64,000 nt of DNA. Source: Minisyncoccota bacterium. GTDB lineage: Bacteria; Patescibacteriota; Minisyncoccia; Phycocordibacterales; Phycocordibacteraceae. Shown here piece after piece: positions 28,991 to 39,179 of this stretch. The notes under the pieces are model-generated. The model saw only the letters and a program-made list of their open reading frames with translations. It had not been told where the DNA came from and ran no database searches. The number at the start of each line of letters is the position of its first letter. Position 1 is the stretch's first letter. Location: contig DATDUD010000048.1 of the NCBI GenBank assembly GCA_036517735.1, forward strand, positions 3,559-67,558, read 5' to 3'. Both the position numbers and the translations under genes were made by a program.

Positions 28991-29809
28991 CTAATCGTCA
29001 TCTTCAACCTCATCTTCGTCTTCATCTTCATCTTCATCATCGTCTTCGTCCTCATCTTCGAATTTGATGACTTTTTTAACCTCCTCCTCGGTTAAGTTGA
29101 GGCGATCAGCAACAACAGCAACGATAGCGTCGTGGCTGGTCATGTTGAACCTAAAGGAACGGTCATCACCATCCTCGTCGACTTCGACATAAGCGCGGCC
29201 GTTACGAACCTCAACTTCGATTTCAAGTTCGTTCTCATCCTCGTCTTCGTCTTCGTCGGTATCATTGTCATCTTCGTCATCTTCATCGTCTTCGTCATCT
29301 TCATCGTCTTCGTCATCTTCGTCATCTTCGTCTTCGTCGTCTTCGTCGTCTTCGTCGTCTGAGTTTATGGAACCCTTTCCGCTGTTGTCTTCCTTGATGC
29401 GGATCTTTACCTCCTCCTTACCGTCGCGAAGGTCAATCTCAATCTTCACGCGAACGGAAAGAAGGTCTGTGGGAATCTGGTCTGATACGCCAGCCGCAGT
29501 AAGAATCTCATTGATCTTGGCGAGCGTAAGCGGACCAACCTGACCTACCTGATCGAGCCTGAGCTTCGCCTGGAAGCGAGACACTGCCCGTGCGGTCAAA
29601 GGACCATAGAATCCCGTAACAAGGCCTTCTGGATAAAGGGTCGGATCGGAAGCAAGAATCTGCTGAAGAGAACGCACCTCCTCACCGGTAGAGCCTACCC
29701 TGAGGCGGTTCTCGATTTTCACCTTACCGCTCCCTGACTCGGCATTGGCGCTCGTTGCCCCAGAAAAAATAAGAGCAAGAGCGAATACTGATGCAATAGC
29801 GTAGCGCAT
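28991..29809 (-). CDS. Secreted peptidoglycan-binding-domain protein with poly-Asp/Glu tracts
   Basis: Signal peptide, LRVGSTGEEVRSLQ..TGFYGPLTARAVSRFQ, long DDE runs. Confidence 0.85.
   Translation of the reverse strand: MRYAIASVFALALIFSGATSANAESGSGKVKIENRLRVGSTGEEVRSLQQILASDPTLYPEGLVTGFYGPLTARAVSRFQAKLRLDQVGQVGPLTLAKINEILTAAGVSDQIPTDLLSVRVKIEIDLRDGKEEVKIRIKEDNSGKGSINSDDEDDEDDEDEDDEDDEDDEDDEDDEDDEDDNDTDEDEDEDENELEIEVEVRNGRAYVEVDEDGDDRSFRFNMTSHDAIVAVVADRLNLTEEEVKKVIKFEDEDEDDDEDEDEDEDEVEDDD
29268..29358 (-). repeat. Coding low-complexity (GAY GAY GAA)n tract
   Basis: 9-nt period encoding DDE repeats. Confidence 0.9.
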
Positions 29810-29959
29810 ATGAATAATTCAAATTATTTGTACTAGGTTTACATTATACCTCACCCAAGATGAGACTGCCGCGAGTAGTTATTCCCTATGGGGGCGGAGT
29901 GGAAATTCAGCGCTGCTTATTGTATCTTGCTAAGACCCTATGCACGGGGCAATTCCATA

Positions 29960-30036
29960 GCGCGGTTAGCTCATTTGGTTAGAGCGCGTCATTGACGTTG
30001 ACGAGGTGGTAGGTTCGATCCCTACACCGCGCACCA
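29960..30036 (+). tRNA. tRNA-Val(GAC)
   Basis: GCGCGGT/ACCGCGC acceptor, CGTCA-TTGACGT-TGACG, encoded CCA. Confidence 0.95.
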
Positions 30037-31041
30037 ATGCCTTCAAAGTACAGGATATTCATCCTTCCGACCCTTATATCCATCTTTCTTCTTGGAGGAG
30101 TGTTTTGGTATCTGGGTCCTGCAGCCTTTGTCACTACCCTTCTCCTCGTTATCCTTGAGGTAACGCTTTCGTTTGATAACGCAGTGGTTAATGCGCGGGT
30201 GCTTGCGCGTATGAGCGACGCCTGGCAGCAGCGCTTCCTTACGTGGGGTGTTCTGATAGCGGTTGTCGGTACCCGTATTGTGCTCCCCATTGTTATCGTA
30301 GCTGTATCGGTAGGACTCTCTCCTTGGGCCGTTACCATGCTTGCTACTTTTGACCCCGAAGCATACGGGCACTTGTTAGAAGGAGCACATCACGCCATTG
30401 CTGCCTTCGGAGGAACATTCCTTCTCATTGTTGCCCTCCAGTACTTCATTGATGTAAATAAGAACGTGCATTGGATACGGGTTATCGAACGCCACGTATC
30501 AAAGTGGGGACATATTGAGGCAGTGGAGATAGCGCTTACCCTTGTTCTTCTCCTTTTCCTTTCGTACCTCGTACCCTGGGAGGCCGCTACCATACTCACT
30601 GCCGGCATCATCGGTCTTGTGACCTTCATTGTTATTGAGGGCATCGCGAACTCCTTTACGGTCGAATCAAAGAGTGCAGTTGCGACAGGAGGACTTATGT
30701 TATTTCTTTATTTAAACGTTCTTGACGCAGCCTTCTCACTTGATGGAGTTATCGGTGCGTTTGCGATCACGAGTGCGCTGCCGGTTATTATTGTTGGTCT
30801 CGGTATTGGCGCATACTTCGTACGTTCTCTCACTGTGTATCTCGTGCGCCAGAAGACCCTGGAGAGCCTGGTGTACGTCGAGCATGGTGCTCACTGGGCC
30901 ATTCTCGGTCTTGCTGCCTCTATGCTTGCTTCGCTCGTTATTCATATTCCAGAGCTTGTCATTGGCCTCATCGGCATCGTCTTCATCGTTACCTCGGTCT
31001 ACTCGTCTTTCAGGGAGCGAGCAGCCGTGGCGCACCAGTAG
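30037..31041 (+). CDS. DUF475/TerC-like membrane protein
   Basis: LEVTLSFDNAVVNA, LDAAFSLDGVIGAFAIT, EHGAHWAI. Confidence 0.88.
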   Translation: MPSKYRIFILPTLISIFLLGGVFWYLGPAAFVTTLLLVILEVTLSFDNAVVNARVLARMSDAWQQRFLTWGVLIAVVGTRIVLPIVIVAVSVGLSPWAVTMLATFDPEAYGHLLEGAHHAIAAFGGTFLLIVALQYFIDVNKNVHWIRVIERHVSKWGHIEAVEIALTLVLLLFLSYLVPWEAATILTAGIIGLVTFIVIEGIANSFTVESKSAVATGGLMLFLYLNVLDAAFSLDGVIGAFAITSALPVIIVGLGIGAYFVRSLTVYLVRQKTLESLVYVEHGAHWAILGLAASMLASLVIHIPELVIGLIGIVFIVTSVYSSFRERAAVAHQ

Positions 31042-31064
31042 CATATGGATTAGAGTAAAGGCTC

Positions 31065-31925
31065 ATGGAACGAACTATTATCCTCTATCACGGCGGGTGT
31101 CCTGACGGCTTTGGCGCTGCGTATGCAGCGTGGAAGAAGTTCGGGGATACGGCAGAATATATTCCCCTTCACCGCGGAAACGAATTGCCTGAAGGTATAG
31201 ACGGCGCGCGCATATACCTTATCGACTTCACGTATAAGCGGGAACTCATGGACGAGCTTCTTTCTCGCTCCGGCTCACTTATCGTACTCGATCATCATGA
31301 CGGAGTACGAGAGATAGTGGAGGCCACGCCCGAGCACGTCTTTGACTTGAATCGTTCAGGTGCGACCATCTCGTGGGAATACTTCCATCCCGATACTCCT
31401 GTGCCCTATTTCTTTAAACTGCTTGAAGATCAGGACCTTTTCAGACGCGCCTTTGCAGACACGACTCCCCTACACTCATACCTTGAAGTACATCCTTTTG
31501 AATTCGAGGCATGGGATGCGATAGTCCACATGCTTGAGAATCCAGAAGAACGGGAGAAGTTCCTGGAAAAGACCCGCGTGTACGCAGAATACTTTGAACT
31601 GCTTGCGACCATGGCTGCAAATAAAGGAAAGCTTGTTTCTTTTGAAGGACATGAAGTATATTTCACTACCTGTCATCCCTTTAAGTCGCTCAAGTCCCGT
31701 GTTGGTAACCTGCTTGCTGAAAAGAAAGGACCTATCTCACTGATTGTAACTGCGCATCCAGATGGATACGGCGTTTCGATTCGAGGTGATGGGAGTGTGA
31801 ATGTCGCTGAGATAGCGCAAAAGTACGGAGGAAACGGCCATCCGAATGCTTCAGGCTTCCTTATCCCCCGCGAAGGCCCGTTCCCCTGGGAACTTATCAA
31901 AGACCATGAGGATTCTCGCGATTGA
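31065..31925 (+). CDS. DHH/DHHA1 phosphoesterase
   Basis: YH..CPDG, IDF, LDHH, GGNGH..ASG. Confidence 0.88.
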   Translation: MERTIILYHGGCPDGFGAAYAAWKKFGDTAEYIPLHRGNELPEGIDGARIYLIDFTYKRELMDELLSRSGSLIVLDHHDGVREIVEATPEHVFDLNRSGATISWEYFHPDTPVPYFFKLLEDQDLFRRAFADTTPLHSYLEVHPFEFEAWDAIVHMLENPEEREKFLEKTRVYAEYFELLATMAANKGKLVSFEGHEVYFTTCHPFKSLKSRVGNLLAEKKGPISLIVTAHPDGYGVSIRGDGSVNVAEIAQKYGGNGHPNASGFLIPREGPFPWELIKDHEDSRD

Positions 31926-33093
31926 AACCTCGTGCGATGAGACTGCAGTTGCGATCGTCGAAGGAGAGCAGGCAGGGAAAGAAACTAAGTTCGAGGTGCT
32001 TGGCAATGCACTTCTCTCGCAAATTGCAGTACACCAGGAATACGGCGGCGTGTACCCAATGCTCGCCAAACGGGAGCATGCGAAGAACCTTGTTCCCTTG
32101 CTTTCTGCAGCTCTCGAAGAGGCTGAACTTATACACGAGAGCGAGCAAGTTATTTCCGAAGAGAAACGGGAAGCCATCACAGTTCTGCTTGAGAGAGAAG
32201 GAGGTCTTGCCGCTTCGCTGCTCGAGTTTCTGAAAGAGTGCGAACCTCCGAAGATCGATGCAATCGCAGTCACTGCAGGTCCCGGGCTTGAGCCTGCACT
32301 TTGGGTCGGGGTGAACTTCGCAAAAGCACTTGCTCTTTTGTGGGACAAGCCGCTTATCGCTGTTAATCACATGGAGGGACATCTTCTATCTGCGCTCCTT
32401 CAGGAGAGGGGTGCAAGCACCTACATTCTTTCAGATATTTCTCGTCCTCTTCTCGGTCTTCTCATCTCAGGCGGACATACTGAAATTATTGAAATGAAGG
32501 ATTGGCTTTCATACACACTCATTGGGAGTACGCGCGACGACGCGGTTGGAGAGGCGTTTGATAAGGTAGCGAGAATGTTAGGGCTTCCGTATCCGGGAGG
32601 ACCAGAAATATCGAAGCTCGCTGAGAGAGCACGTGAACGCGGAGGCAATAATCCGTATACCCTTCCCCGCCCGATGATAAATGACGATAGCTGTGACTTC
32701 TCCTTTAGCGGTCTCAAGACTGCAGTACTCTATCAGGTCAGGGATAATGAGCTTACGGACACAGATAAAGAGAACATGGCGCATGCCTTTGAGGATGCCG
32801 TTGCAGATGTGCTGTATGCAAAGACGCTGCGGGCATTGGAGGAGACAGGTGCCAAGTCGCTTGCAATAGGCGGAGGTGTGTCCGCGAACACATATATTAA
32901 GCGGACGTTTGCGGAACGCTTGAAGAATGATCGTTCTGATATTTCTCTTTTTATGCCACCCGCTTCCCTCACCGGAGACAACGCCATCATGATCGCTCTT
33001 GCCTGCTACTACCGCGCCCTTGCGCAGGACTATGCCGATACGGAAACGCTTAGAGCCAACGGAAATCTTGCTCTCGCGAAGGACTCTAAATAA
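31906..33093 (+). CDS. tsaD: t6A37 threonylcarbamoyltransferase TsaD
   Basis: ILAIETSCDET, VNHMEGH, SGGHT, DDAVGEAFDK, FSFSGLKT. Confidence 0.97.
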   Translation: MRILAIETSCDETAVAIVEGEQAGKETKFEVLGNALLSQIAVHQEYGGVYPMLAKREHAKNLVPLLSAALEEAELIHESEQVISEEKREAITVLLEREGGLAASLLEFLKECEPPKIDAIAVTAGPGLEPALWVGVNFAKALALLWDKPLIAVNHMEGHLLSALLQERGASTYILSDISRPLLGLLISGGHTEIIEMKDWLSYTLIGSTRDDAVGEAFDKVARMLGLPYPGGPEISKLAERARERGGNNPYTLPRPMINDDSCDFSFSGLKTAVLYQVRDNELTDTDKENMAHAFEDAVADVLYAKTLRALEETGAKSLAIGGGVSANTYIKRTFAERLKNDRSDISLFMPPASLTGDNAIMIALACYYRALAQDYADTETLRANGNLALAKDSK

Positions 33094-33120
33094 GGCGTAT
33101 TCTCTGTTATATTGCTTTAA

Positions 33121-35289
33121 ATGGATCCGAAATTCCTAAAGCCGTACGACCCGGCCGCTACTGAGACCCGCATATATGAGGCGTGGGAAGAAAGCGGGTA
33201 CTTTAATCCCGACAATCTTCCGGGCGAGAGGAAAGAGCCTTTTACGGTGACTCTCCCCCCGCCTAACGTGACCGGGGAACTCCACATTGGCCATGCGTAT
33301 GAAGATACGCTCCAGGACACATTCGTGCGCTTTCACCGCATGCTAGGAAAGAAGACGCTATGGGTACCCGGCACCGATTCAGCAGCCATCGCCACCCAAG
33401 CACGTGTTGAAAAGAATATTCAAAAAGAAGAGGGAAAGAACCGACACGACCTCGGACGGGAAGAGCTTGTACGCCGTGTTGCTGAGTTTGCGAAAAACAG
33501 TGAGAGCACCATTCTCGGACAGGTTCGAAGGATGGGTGCATCGCTCGATTGGTCGCGCTATGCCTACACCATGGATGAACCGCGTAACCGCGCCGTCGCT
33601 ACAGCCTTTAAGCGGTTTTACGATGCCGGGCTTGCATACCGTGGCAACCGCATCATTAACTGGGATCCGAAGGGCCAGACCACTATCTCCGATGATGAGA
33701 TCGTCCACGAAGAACGAGAGGCGAAGTTATACACGTTTCGCTACGCAAAGGACTTCCCCATTCCTATCGCCACCACGCGTCTTGAAACGAAGGTCGGTGA
33801 TGTGGCAGTTGCCGTGCATCCGGATGATGCTCGGTATAAGGAATTCATAGGCAAGGAATACGAAGTGAGCTTCTGCGACGTTCCACTTACTATCCGTATC
33901 GTTGCGGACCAGGCTGCCGATCCGGAGTTCGGAACAGGTGCCGTGGGTGTTACACCAGCTCACAGCATGACCGACTGGGAGATCGCCGAGCGACATGATC
34001 TTCCACGTCCTCAGGTAATAAACGAGTTCGCAAAGATGGTAGTTCCCGGCCGACTTGAGGGACTTAAGGTTATTGAGGCCCGCGAAGCTGTTGCCGAATG
34101 GCTTCGTGCCGAGGGTCTCATGGAGCAGGAGGAGAATATCGTCCAGAACGTGTCTACGGCTGAGCGCACGGGAGGTATTGTCGAGCCGCTTCCTAAAGTG
34201 CAGTGGTTCATCGCCGTCAATAAGTCATTCATGCTTGAAAAGTCTGACATACCCGGAGTACCTAGTGGCTCGACTCTCACCCTCAAAGAACTTATGCGTG
34301 CAGCCATTGAGCATGGTGGTGTGACCATGCCCCAGGAAGGATTTCGTAACGCATACTTTCATTGGATCGATAACCTGCGGGACTGGTGCGTGAGCCGTCA
34401 GATCTGGTTCGGGCACCGTATCCCTGTCTGGTACCGTGGCGATGAGATCTATTGCGGTGTGGAAGCACCCCAAGACGATGGCTGGGAGCAAGATCCGGAC
34501 GTCTTTGATACCTGGTTTTCCTCGCAGCTTTGGACCTTCTCGACTCTCGGATGGCCTGAGGAGACTACAGACCTGCGAACGTTCCATCCCACGTCACTTA
34601 TGTCTCCGGCATACGAGATACTCAATCTTTGGGTTTCGCGCATGATCCTTGCAAGCGGATTCCTGCTCGGTCAGGTTCCCTTTCGCACTGTGCTCATTCA
34701 TGGTTTGGTACGCGATGCCAAGGGACGTAAGTACAGTAAGTCACTCAATAATGGCATCAATCCTCTTGATATGATCGATAAGTACGGCGCCGACGCACTG
34801 CGGATGGGGCTGCTCGTAGGAACGGCGATTGGAAGCGACATCCGTTTCGATGAGAGTAAGGTGAAGGGATATAAGCACTTCTCAAACAAACTTTGGAACA
34901 TCACGCGCTTTGTGCTCGAAAATACGGAAGATTTCATATCTGAAGGAACTCTCACAAGCACTGACCAGGAACATCGCGCTGACTTCGAAGCCCTTGCCGA
35001 AGATATTACTCGTGACCTTGAGGAATATCGTGCGTATCTTGCAGCCGAGAAGATATATCACTACCTTTGGCATGAACTCGCCGACAAAATACTCGAGGAA
35101 TCAAAGTCCGTTCTTCAAAGCGAGGACGAGACTGCGAAGGCCTCACGCCAGACACTTCTTCTTTCTCTTCTAACAGATTCACTTAAGTTGCTTCATCCCT
35201 TTATGCCGTTCGTAACGGAAGAGATATGGTCATCGATTCCGGGCTCCGAGGGACTTCTCATAGTCGCTCCCTGGCCGCGGTACAATTAG
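33121..35289 (+). CDS. valS: Valyl-tRNA synthetase (no C-terminal coiled coil)
   Basis: PPPNVTGELHIGH, DWCVSRQIWFGHRIP, KYSKS. Confidence 0.96.
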   Translation: MDPKFLKPYDPAATETRIYEAWEESGYFNPDNLPGERKEPFTVTLPPPNVTGELHIGHAYEDTLQDTFVRFHRMLGKKTLWVPGTDSAAIATQARVEKNIQKEEGKNRHDLGREELVRRVAEFAKNSESTILGQVRRMGASLDWSRYAYTMDEPRNRAVATAFKRFYDAGLAYRGNRIINWDPKGQTTISDDEIVHEEREAKLYTFRYAKDFPIPIATTRLETKVGDVAVAVHPDDARYKEFIGKEYEVSFCDVPLTIRIVADQAADPEFGTGAVGVTPAHSMTDWEIAERHDLPRPQVINEFAKMVVPGRLEGLKVIEAREAVAEWLRAEGLMEQEENIVQNVSTAERTGGIVEPLPKVQWFIAVNKSFMLEKSDIPGVPSGSTLTLKELMRAAIEHGGVTMPQEGFRNAYFHWIDNLRDWCVSRQIWFGHRIPVWYRGDEIYCGVEAPQDDGWEQDPDVFDTWFSSQLWTFSTLGWPEETTDLRTFHPTSLMSPAYEILNLWVSRMILASGFLLGQVPFRTVLIHGLVRDAKGRKYSKSLNNGINPLDMIDKYGADALRMGLLVGTAIGSDIRFDESKVKGYKHFSNKLWNITRFVLENTEDFISEGTLTSTDQEHRADFEALAEDITRDLEEYRAYLAAEKIYHYLWHELADKILEESKSVLQSEDETAKASRQTLLLSLLTDSLKLLHPFMPFVTEEIWSSIPGSEGLLIVAPWPRYN

Positions 35290-35293
35290 GAGA

Positions 35294-36049
35294 ATGGATA
35301 TCCTCGCGTCCGCACCGTTCGGAACTCTCGGGTATGCCTTCCTGGGAGGTGTCCTTCCTCCCCTCGTCTGGCTTTACTTTCTCCTTAAAGAGGACGATCG
35401 GTGTCCGGAGCCTCTTCCTTGTCTTTTGATCGCCTTCATCTCGGGCATGCTCGCTGTGCCTTTCGCTCTTCTGCTTGAGACTCTTCTGCGCGACTATGCC
35501 TACATTGCGTATGCAGGATGCAGTGAGTACGCGCCACTCTGCGTGCCGATTATTCTCGGATGGTCAGTCATTGAAGAGACGCTGAAGTATGTGTTGGTTG
35601 CGCTTCTGGTGCTCTGGCGCGCTGACGTGAACGAACCCATAGATCTGGTTATCTATATGCTCACAGCAGCACTTGGCTTTGCGGCGCTTGAGAATGTACT
35701 TTTCCTCATCGTTCCCTTCGCAAACGGCGATGTTCTTATGGGGCTCCAGACCGGAAACCTGCGCTTCATCGGTTCAACCCTTCTTCACGTCATGGCTTCT
35801 TCAGCAGTTGGTTTTGCGCTTGCTTTCTCTTTGAACTTCTTGAAGCCGCTCCGAGCCTTCTTCGCCATTGCCGGACTTATCCTTGCCATTGCATTGCACG
35901 CTCTCTTTAACTTTTTTATAATTCAGGGAGATGGCGTCTACACGCTGTTCGCGTTCCTCATCGTCTGGACCGCGGCAGTCGCCTTCTTCGCGCTGTTTGA
36001 GACCCTCAGGTACGTTAGGTACCGCAATTTACCCAAAAATGTCTGTTAG
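35294..36049 (+). CDS. PrsW-family intramembrane protease
   Basis: EETLK, GFAALEN, LH..., LHALFN. Confidence 0.9.
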   Translation: MDILASAPFGTLGYAFLGGVLPPLVWLYFLLKEDDRCPEPLPCLLIAFISGMLAVPFALLLETLLRDYAYIAYAGCSEYAPLCVPIILGWSVIEETLKYVLVALLVLWRADVNEPIDLVIYMLTAALGFAALENVLFLIVPFANGDVLMGLQTGNLRFIGSTLLHVMASSAVGFALAFSLNFLKPLRAFFAIAGLILAIALHALFNFFIIQGDGVYTLFAFLIVWTAAVAFFALFETLRYVRYRNLPKNVC

Positions 36050-36058
36050 TATATAGCT

Positions 36059-36541
36059 ATGAAAAAACGCTCCTTCTTCGACCGCCTTTCCGGATCCACT
36101 CCGGTCGACGACTACGACTTTGACGATGAAATGACGCAGCCGTACCCGGCGCAAAGGGGACATACTCCCTCCACCGCTCCCTCGTATCCGGCACAAGAAG
36201 ATTTGGCTGTTGACGGCCAGCTTCCTGTGGACGTATATCAAACCGAAAGTGAGGTCGTGGTGCGTGCATTTGTCGCAGGAGTGCGCCCGGACGACGTGAA
36301 CCTTTCCATATCGAGGGATACAGTCGTCATAGACGGAGTACGCGAGGAACGTGAGCAAATCGTTGATCATGATTACATCAAGCGTGAACTCTTCTGGGGA
36401 TCGTTCGCGACTACCATCCACCTTCCCCATGAGATTGACGTGGATGCGGCAACGGCAAGCGCCAAGGACGGGCTTCTGACGCTCGTGCTTCCACGGCTTG
36501 ATAAGTCGAGGCAGACGAAGCTTAAGGTGAAGGCGGGATAA
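36059..36541 (+). CDS. Hsp20/alpha-crystallin chaperone
   Basis: PVDVYQT, WGSF...LP, KDGLLTLVLP. Confidence 0.92.
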   Translation: MKKRSFFDRLSGSTPVDDYDFDDEMTQPYPAQRGHTPSTAPSYPAQEDLAVDGQLPVDVYQTESEVVVRAFVAGVRPDDVNLSISRDTVVIDGVREEREQIVDHDYIKRELFWGSFATTIHLPHEIDVDAATASAKDGLLTLVLPRLDKSRQTKLKVKAG

Positions 36542-36571
36542 CAAAAGGCCCCTAAAACCGGGGCTTTTTGT
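36541..36571. terminator. Bidirectional terminator
   Basis: ACAAAAGGCCCC..GGGGCTTTTTGT. Confidence 0.75.
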
Positions 36572-37647
36572 TATTTAATGTCAGTGTAGAGCGTCGGGGG
36601 AACGCCCACGTTCTCAATCTTAAAGTTAAGCCTTCCTATCACCTGCCCTTCGAGGGTTTCGATAGTAACGCGCCACTGTCCGGGACGAGGATCGGACTTC
36701 TCCGAATACCCACGGTATCCTTCTGCTCGTCCTCCTGAAAGAGTAAATGCAATCATTGACTCGGTTATCCACTCCCTTTTTTCTTCGTCGTATCTTTCCC
36801 ATCGATGAACGATATTCGCTGAGAATGCAGATGGTGCAAATATGGCACTGTATGCGTATAGCGGAGTGCCTGTAACGTGATTGACCTTTCGCGGCAGGAA
36901 GCGGGACCATCGACTCCACCCCTCGTGGGTGACTTGGTATCCGGCTTCGGTACGGACAATGCTGTGATAGATGCCGCTTTCCTTAACGGTAAGGGGGATG
37001 GGCGGCACAAGACCGCTAAAATAGAGCGCGACAACTATGATAACCACGGCTCCTGCTCCTGCAAGAATGCGCCAAAGTGTCGCTTCGAGCTGTCTGCGTC
37101 CTGAAAGGCCGAGCAGGCATATGAATGCCCCGAAAACAACAATTGCGAGCACAGTGCTTGAGAGAAAGATGTCAGGTCCCAGTTTATTCAAATACAACGG
37201 TAATGCGAATATGAGATACGCATAGAGTGCAAAGAAAAAGAGCACGGTCTGGAACACAAGATGGGAGCGGTAGCTTCTGAAGAACTCGTTCCCAAGGAAG
37301 ATTGCCAGAAGCAGGAAAAGGAACGGCCATGATACGGAAAGCACTGCGCTTTTTGTATAAAAGATGAGGAAACCGGAAAGTAGACCGCCGATGGTGAACG
37401 TTGCAGCCAGGGGCGCAAGCACGGCCACTGCCCTTCTCCATGCTGAAGGATGTATGGCAAACCTGCGCATGGTGTGCGTGAGGAAGGTGAAGAATGCTGC
37501 AAGAGCAAGATACGCAATGAAGAGTAGGTTCACTGCAGGCAGGTCAAGGAGCGTAAAGGTCAGAAGATCGGTTACGAACCCAACTACGAACACGAGCGTC
37601 GAGAGCCGGTGTTCGTGGAGCTGAATGAAAGCAAGCGGGTAAGACAT
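36571..37647 (-). CDS. DUF2914-domain membrane protein
   Basis: Multi-TM N-terminus; C-terminal SAIFAP..H.W..GGR.EGYRGYS.K..PG.WRV. Confidence 0.8.
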   Translation of the reverse strand: MSYPLAFIQLHEHRLSTLVFVVGFVTDLLTFTLLDLPAVNLLFIAYLALAAFFTFLTHTMRRFAIHPSAWRRAVAVLAPLAATFTIGGLLSGFLIFYTKSAVLSVSWPFLFLLLAIFLGNEFFRSYRSHLVFQTVLFFFALYAYLIFALPLYLNKLGPDIFLSSTVLAIVVFGAFICLLGLSGRRQLEATLWRILAGAGAVVIIVVALYFSGLVPPIPLTVKESGIYHSIVRTEAGYQVTHEGWSRWSRFLPRKVNHVTGTPLYAYSAIFAPSAFSANIVHRWERYDEEKREWITESMIAFTLSGGRAEGYRGYSEKSDPRPGQWRVTIETLEGQVIGRLNFKIENVGVPPTLYTDIK

Positions 37648-37669
37648 CGGTTTAATAGTAACCGACAGA

Positions 37670-37745
37670 TGGTGCTTGGACCCGGGCTTGAACCGGGGAC
37701 CTTTCCCTCTTCAGGGGAACGCTCTACCAACTGAGCTATCCAAGC
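37670..37745 (-). tRNA. tRNA-Phe(GAA)
   Basis: GCTTGGA/TCCAAGC acceptor, TTCCC-CTGAAGA-GGGAA, CCA. Confidence 0.95.
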
Positions 37746-37784
37746 AAGTACGGCCCAATATAGCACACGGGCTGGTGTCTTTCA

Positions 37785-38072
37785 CTACTGGCCCTGGTAT
37801 GAATCCAGCGCCTTCTCAAGGTCTGCCTGAGTCGGAAATCCGAGGAAGCCGCTTCCAGCGCCGCCTGTCGCCGGAACAAGAGACTCGAGAATGGGCTTGA
37901 GGAGAAGGAGCGGCAGTATGATGAGAGCCGCCCAGATAAAGACGCGAAGAAAGATGCCAACGCGGCTCCAGCGTCGCATCTCGCGGAGCATCCTATTGGT
38001 CTCCTCGGTAACCTGGAGATTCTCCTCAAGCATCTGCTCTACTCGCGCCAATTGCAGATTTTCATCGTTCAT
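37785..38072 (-). CDS. Hypothetical single-TM protein
   Basis: LEENL...EETNRMLREMRR plus a TM helix. Confidence 0.7.
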   Translation of the reverse strand: MNDENLQLARVEQMLEENLQVTEETNRMLREMRRWSRVGIFLRVFIWAALIILPLLLLKPILESLVPATGGAGSGFLGFPTQADLEKALDSYQGQ

Positions 38073-38086
38073 ATAGTCGAATTATA

Positions 38087-39178
38087 TCAGCCTACGATCT
38101 TGAATATGTCGCTTGCAGTTATTACCACCATGAGAAGTATGAGGAATGCGAAGCCGGCCATGTTCACTCCCCTGACAAAGACTGTGGGAATCGGCCTTCG
38201 TATAATCGCTTCTATTGCAACGAAAAGAAGGCGTCCTCCATCAAGCGCAGGGATAGGAAGCAAGTTGATGATAGCCAGATTGATGGAGATAAGTGCCGTG
38301 ATGGTGAAAAGAGAGGTGAGGCCTTGATCGTACGCATCACCCACTGTTCCAGCGATGCCGATAGGTCCCGATACCTGTGCGAGGTTTGCCGAAAGGGTGA
38401 AAACACTTCCGAAGAAACCAATGAGCCCAACTGCTACCTGCTTTGTGATTTCCCAAGTAAACACCGCTCCTTCGATGGGCACACGGTACCAGGCGACTGG
38501 AACCGTACCTACCGTTGCCACGGAAACGCCGAGCGCAGAACGCTCAGGCTCTCCCGGTATGATGCCAGCTTCAGGTGCAGTTGTAAGAGTCAGAGTTTCT
38601 TCCCCACGTAGAATCGTGAATGTGAGCATATCTCCCGCTTTCTGGGTTGCGATGTATGCAGTAAAAGCGTCGGGGTTGGTAGTTGCAAACTCTCCCTTCT
38701 CGTCAAAAACGGAAAGTATCCTATCCCCCACGATAAGTCCCGCTCGCTCTGCAGGGCTTCCGGGAAGAGTTCCAGCAATTACGAGCGAAGCGTCGGGAGC
38801 AAGCAATGCCTCTTCAGCAGTGAGCGCTCTGGGCGTACCGACTGCGAGTATTCCTGAGATGATCACGTATGCCAGCAGGAGATTCATCGCTACACCGGCA
38901 ACAAGGGTCAACGCCTGGAATATGCGGGGGCGAGAGGAAAAAGCTTGGGGAGAAGCAGCATCAGTATCGTCTTCGCCATAGATGCTAACAAAGCCGCCGA
39001 AGGGCAGAGCGTTCAGGGTATATTCCGTCCCCCCCTTCTTGAACCCTGCGATGCGAGGAGGATATCCGACACCGAACTCATCTACGCGCATGCCTGACCA
39101 CTTAGCAGCTAGGAAATGCCCGAACTCGTGAGCCACGATGAGGAAAACGAGAATGACTATAAAAAGGAATACGGTCAT
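38087..39178 (-). CDS. rseP: RseP/M50 site-2 protease with PDZ
   Basis: HEFGH, LPFGGFV, NLLPIPALDGG. Confidence 0.93.
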   Translation of the reverse strand: MTVFLFIVILVFLIVAHEFGHFLAAKWSGMRVDEFGVGYPPRIAGFKKGGTEYTLNALPFGGFVSIYGEDDTDAASPQAFSSRPRIFQALTLVAGVAMNLLLAYVIISGILAVGTPRALTAEEALLAPDASLVIAGTLPGSPAERAGLIVGDRILSVFDEKGEFATTNPDAFTAYIATQKAGDMLTFTILRGEETLTLTTAPEAGIIPGEPERSALGVSVATVGTVPVAWYRVPIEGAVFTWEITKQVAVGLIGFFGSVFTLSANLAQVSGPIGIAGTVGDAYDQGLTSLFTITALISINLAIINLLPIPALDGGRLLFVAIEAIIRRPIPTVFVRGVNMAGFAFLILLMVVITASDIFKIVG

Positions 39179-39179
39179 G

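Noticed and set aside
28995-29358. TCR-TCR-TCT tandem repeat as a non-coding element or poly-Ser ORF
   Set aside because: Explained by poly-Asp/Glu coding on the minus strand.
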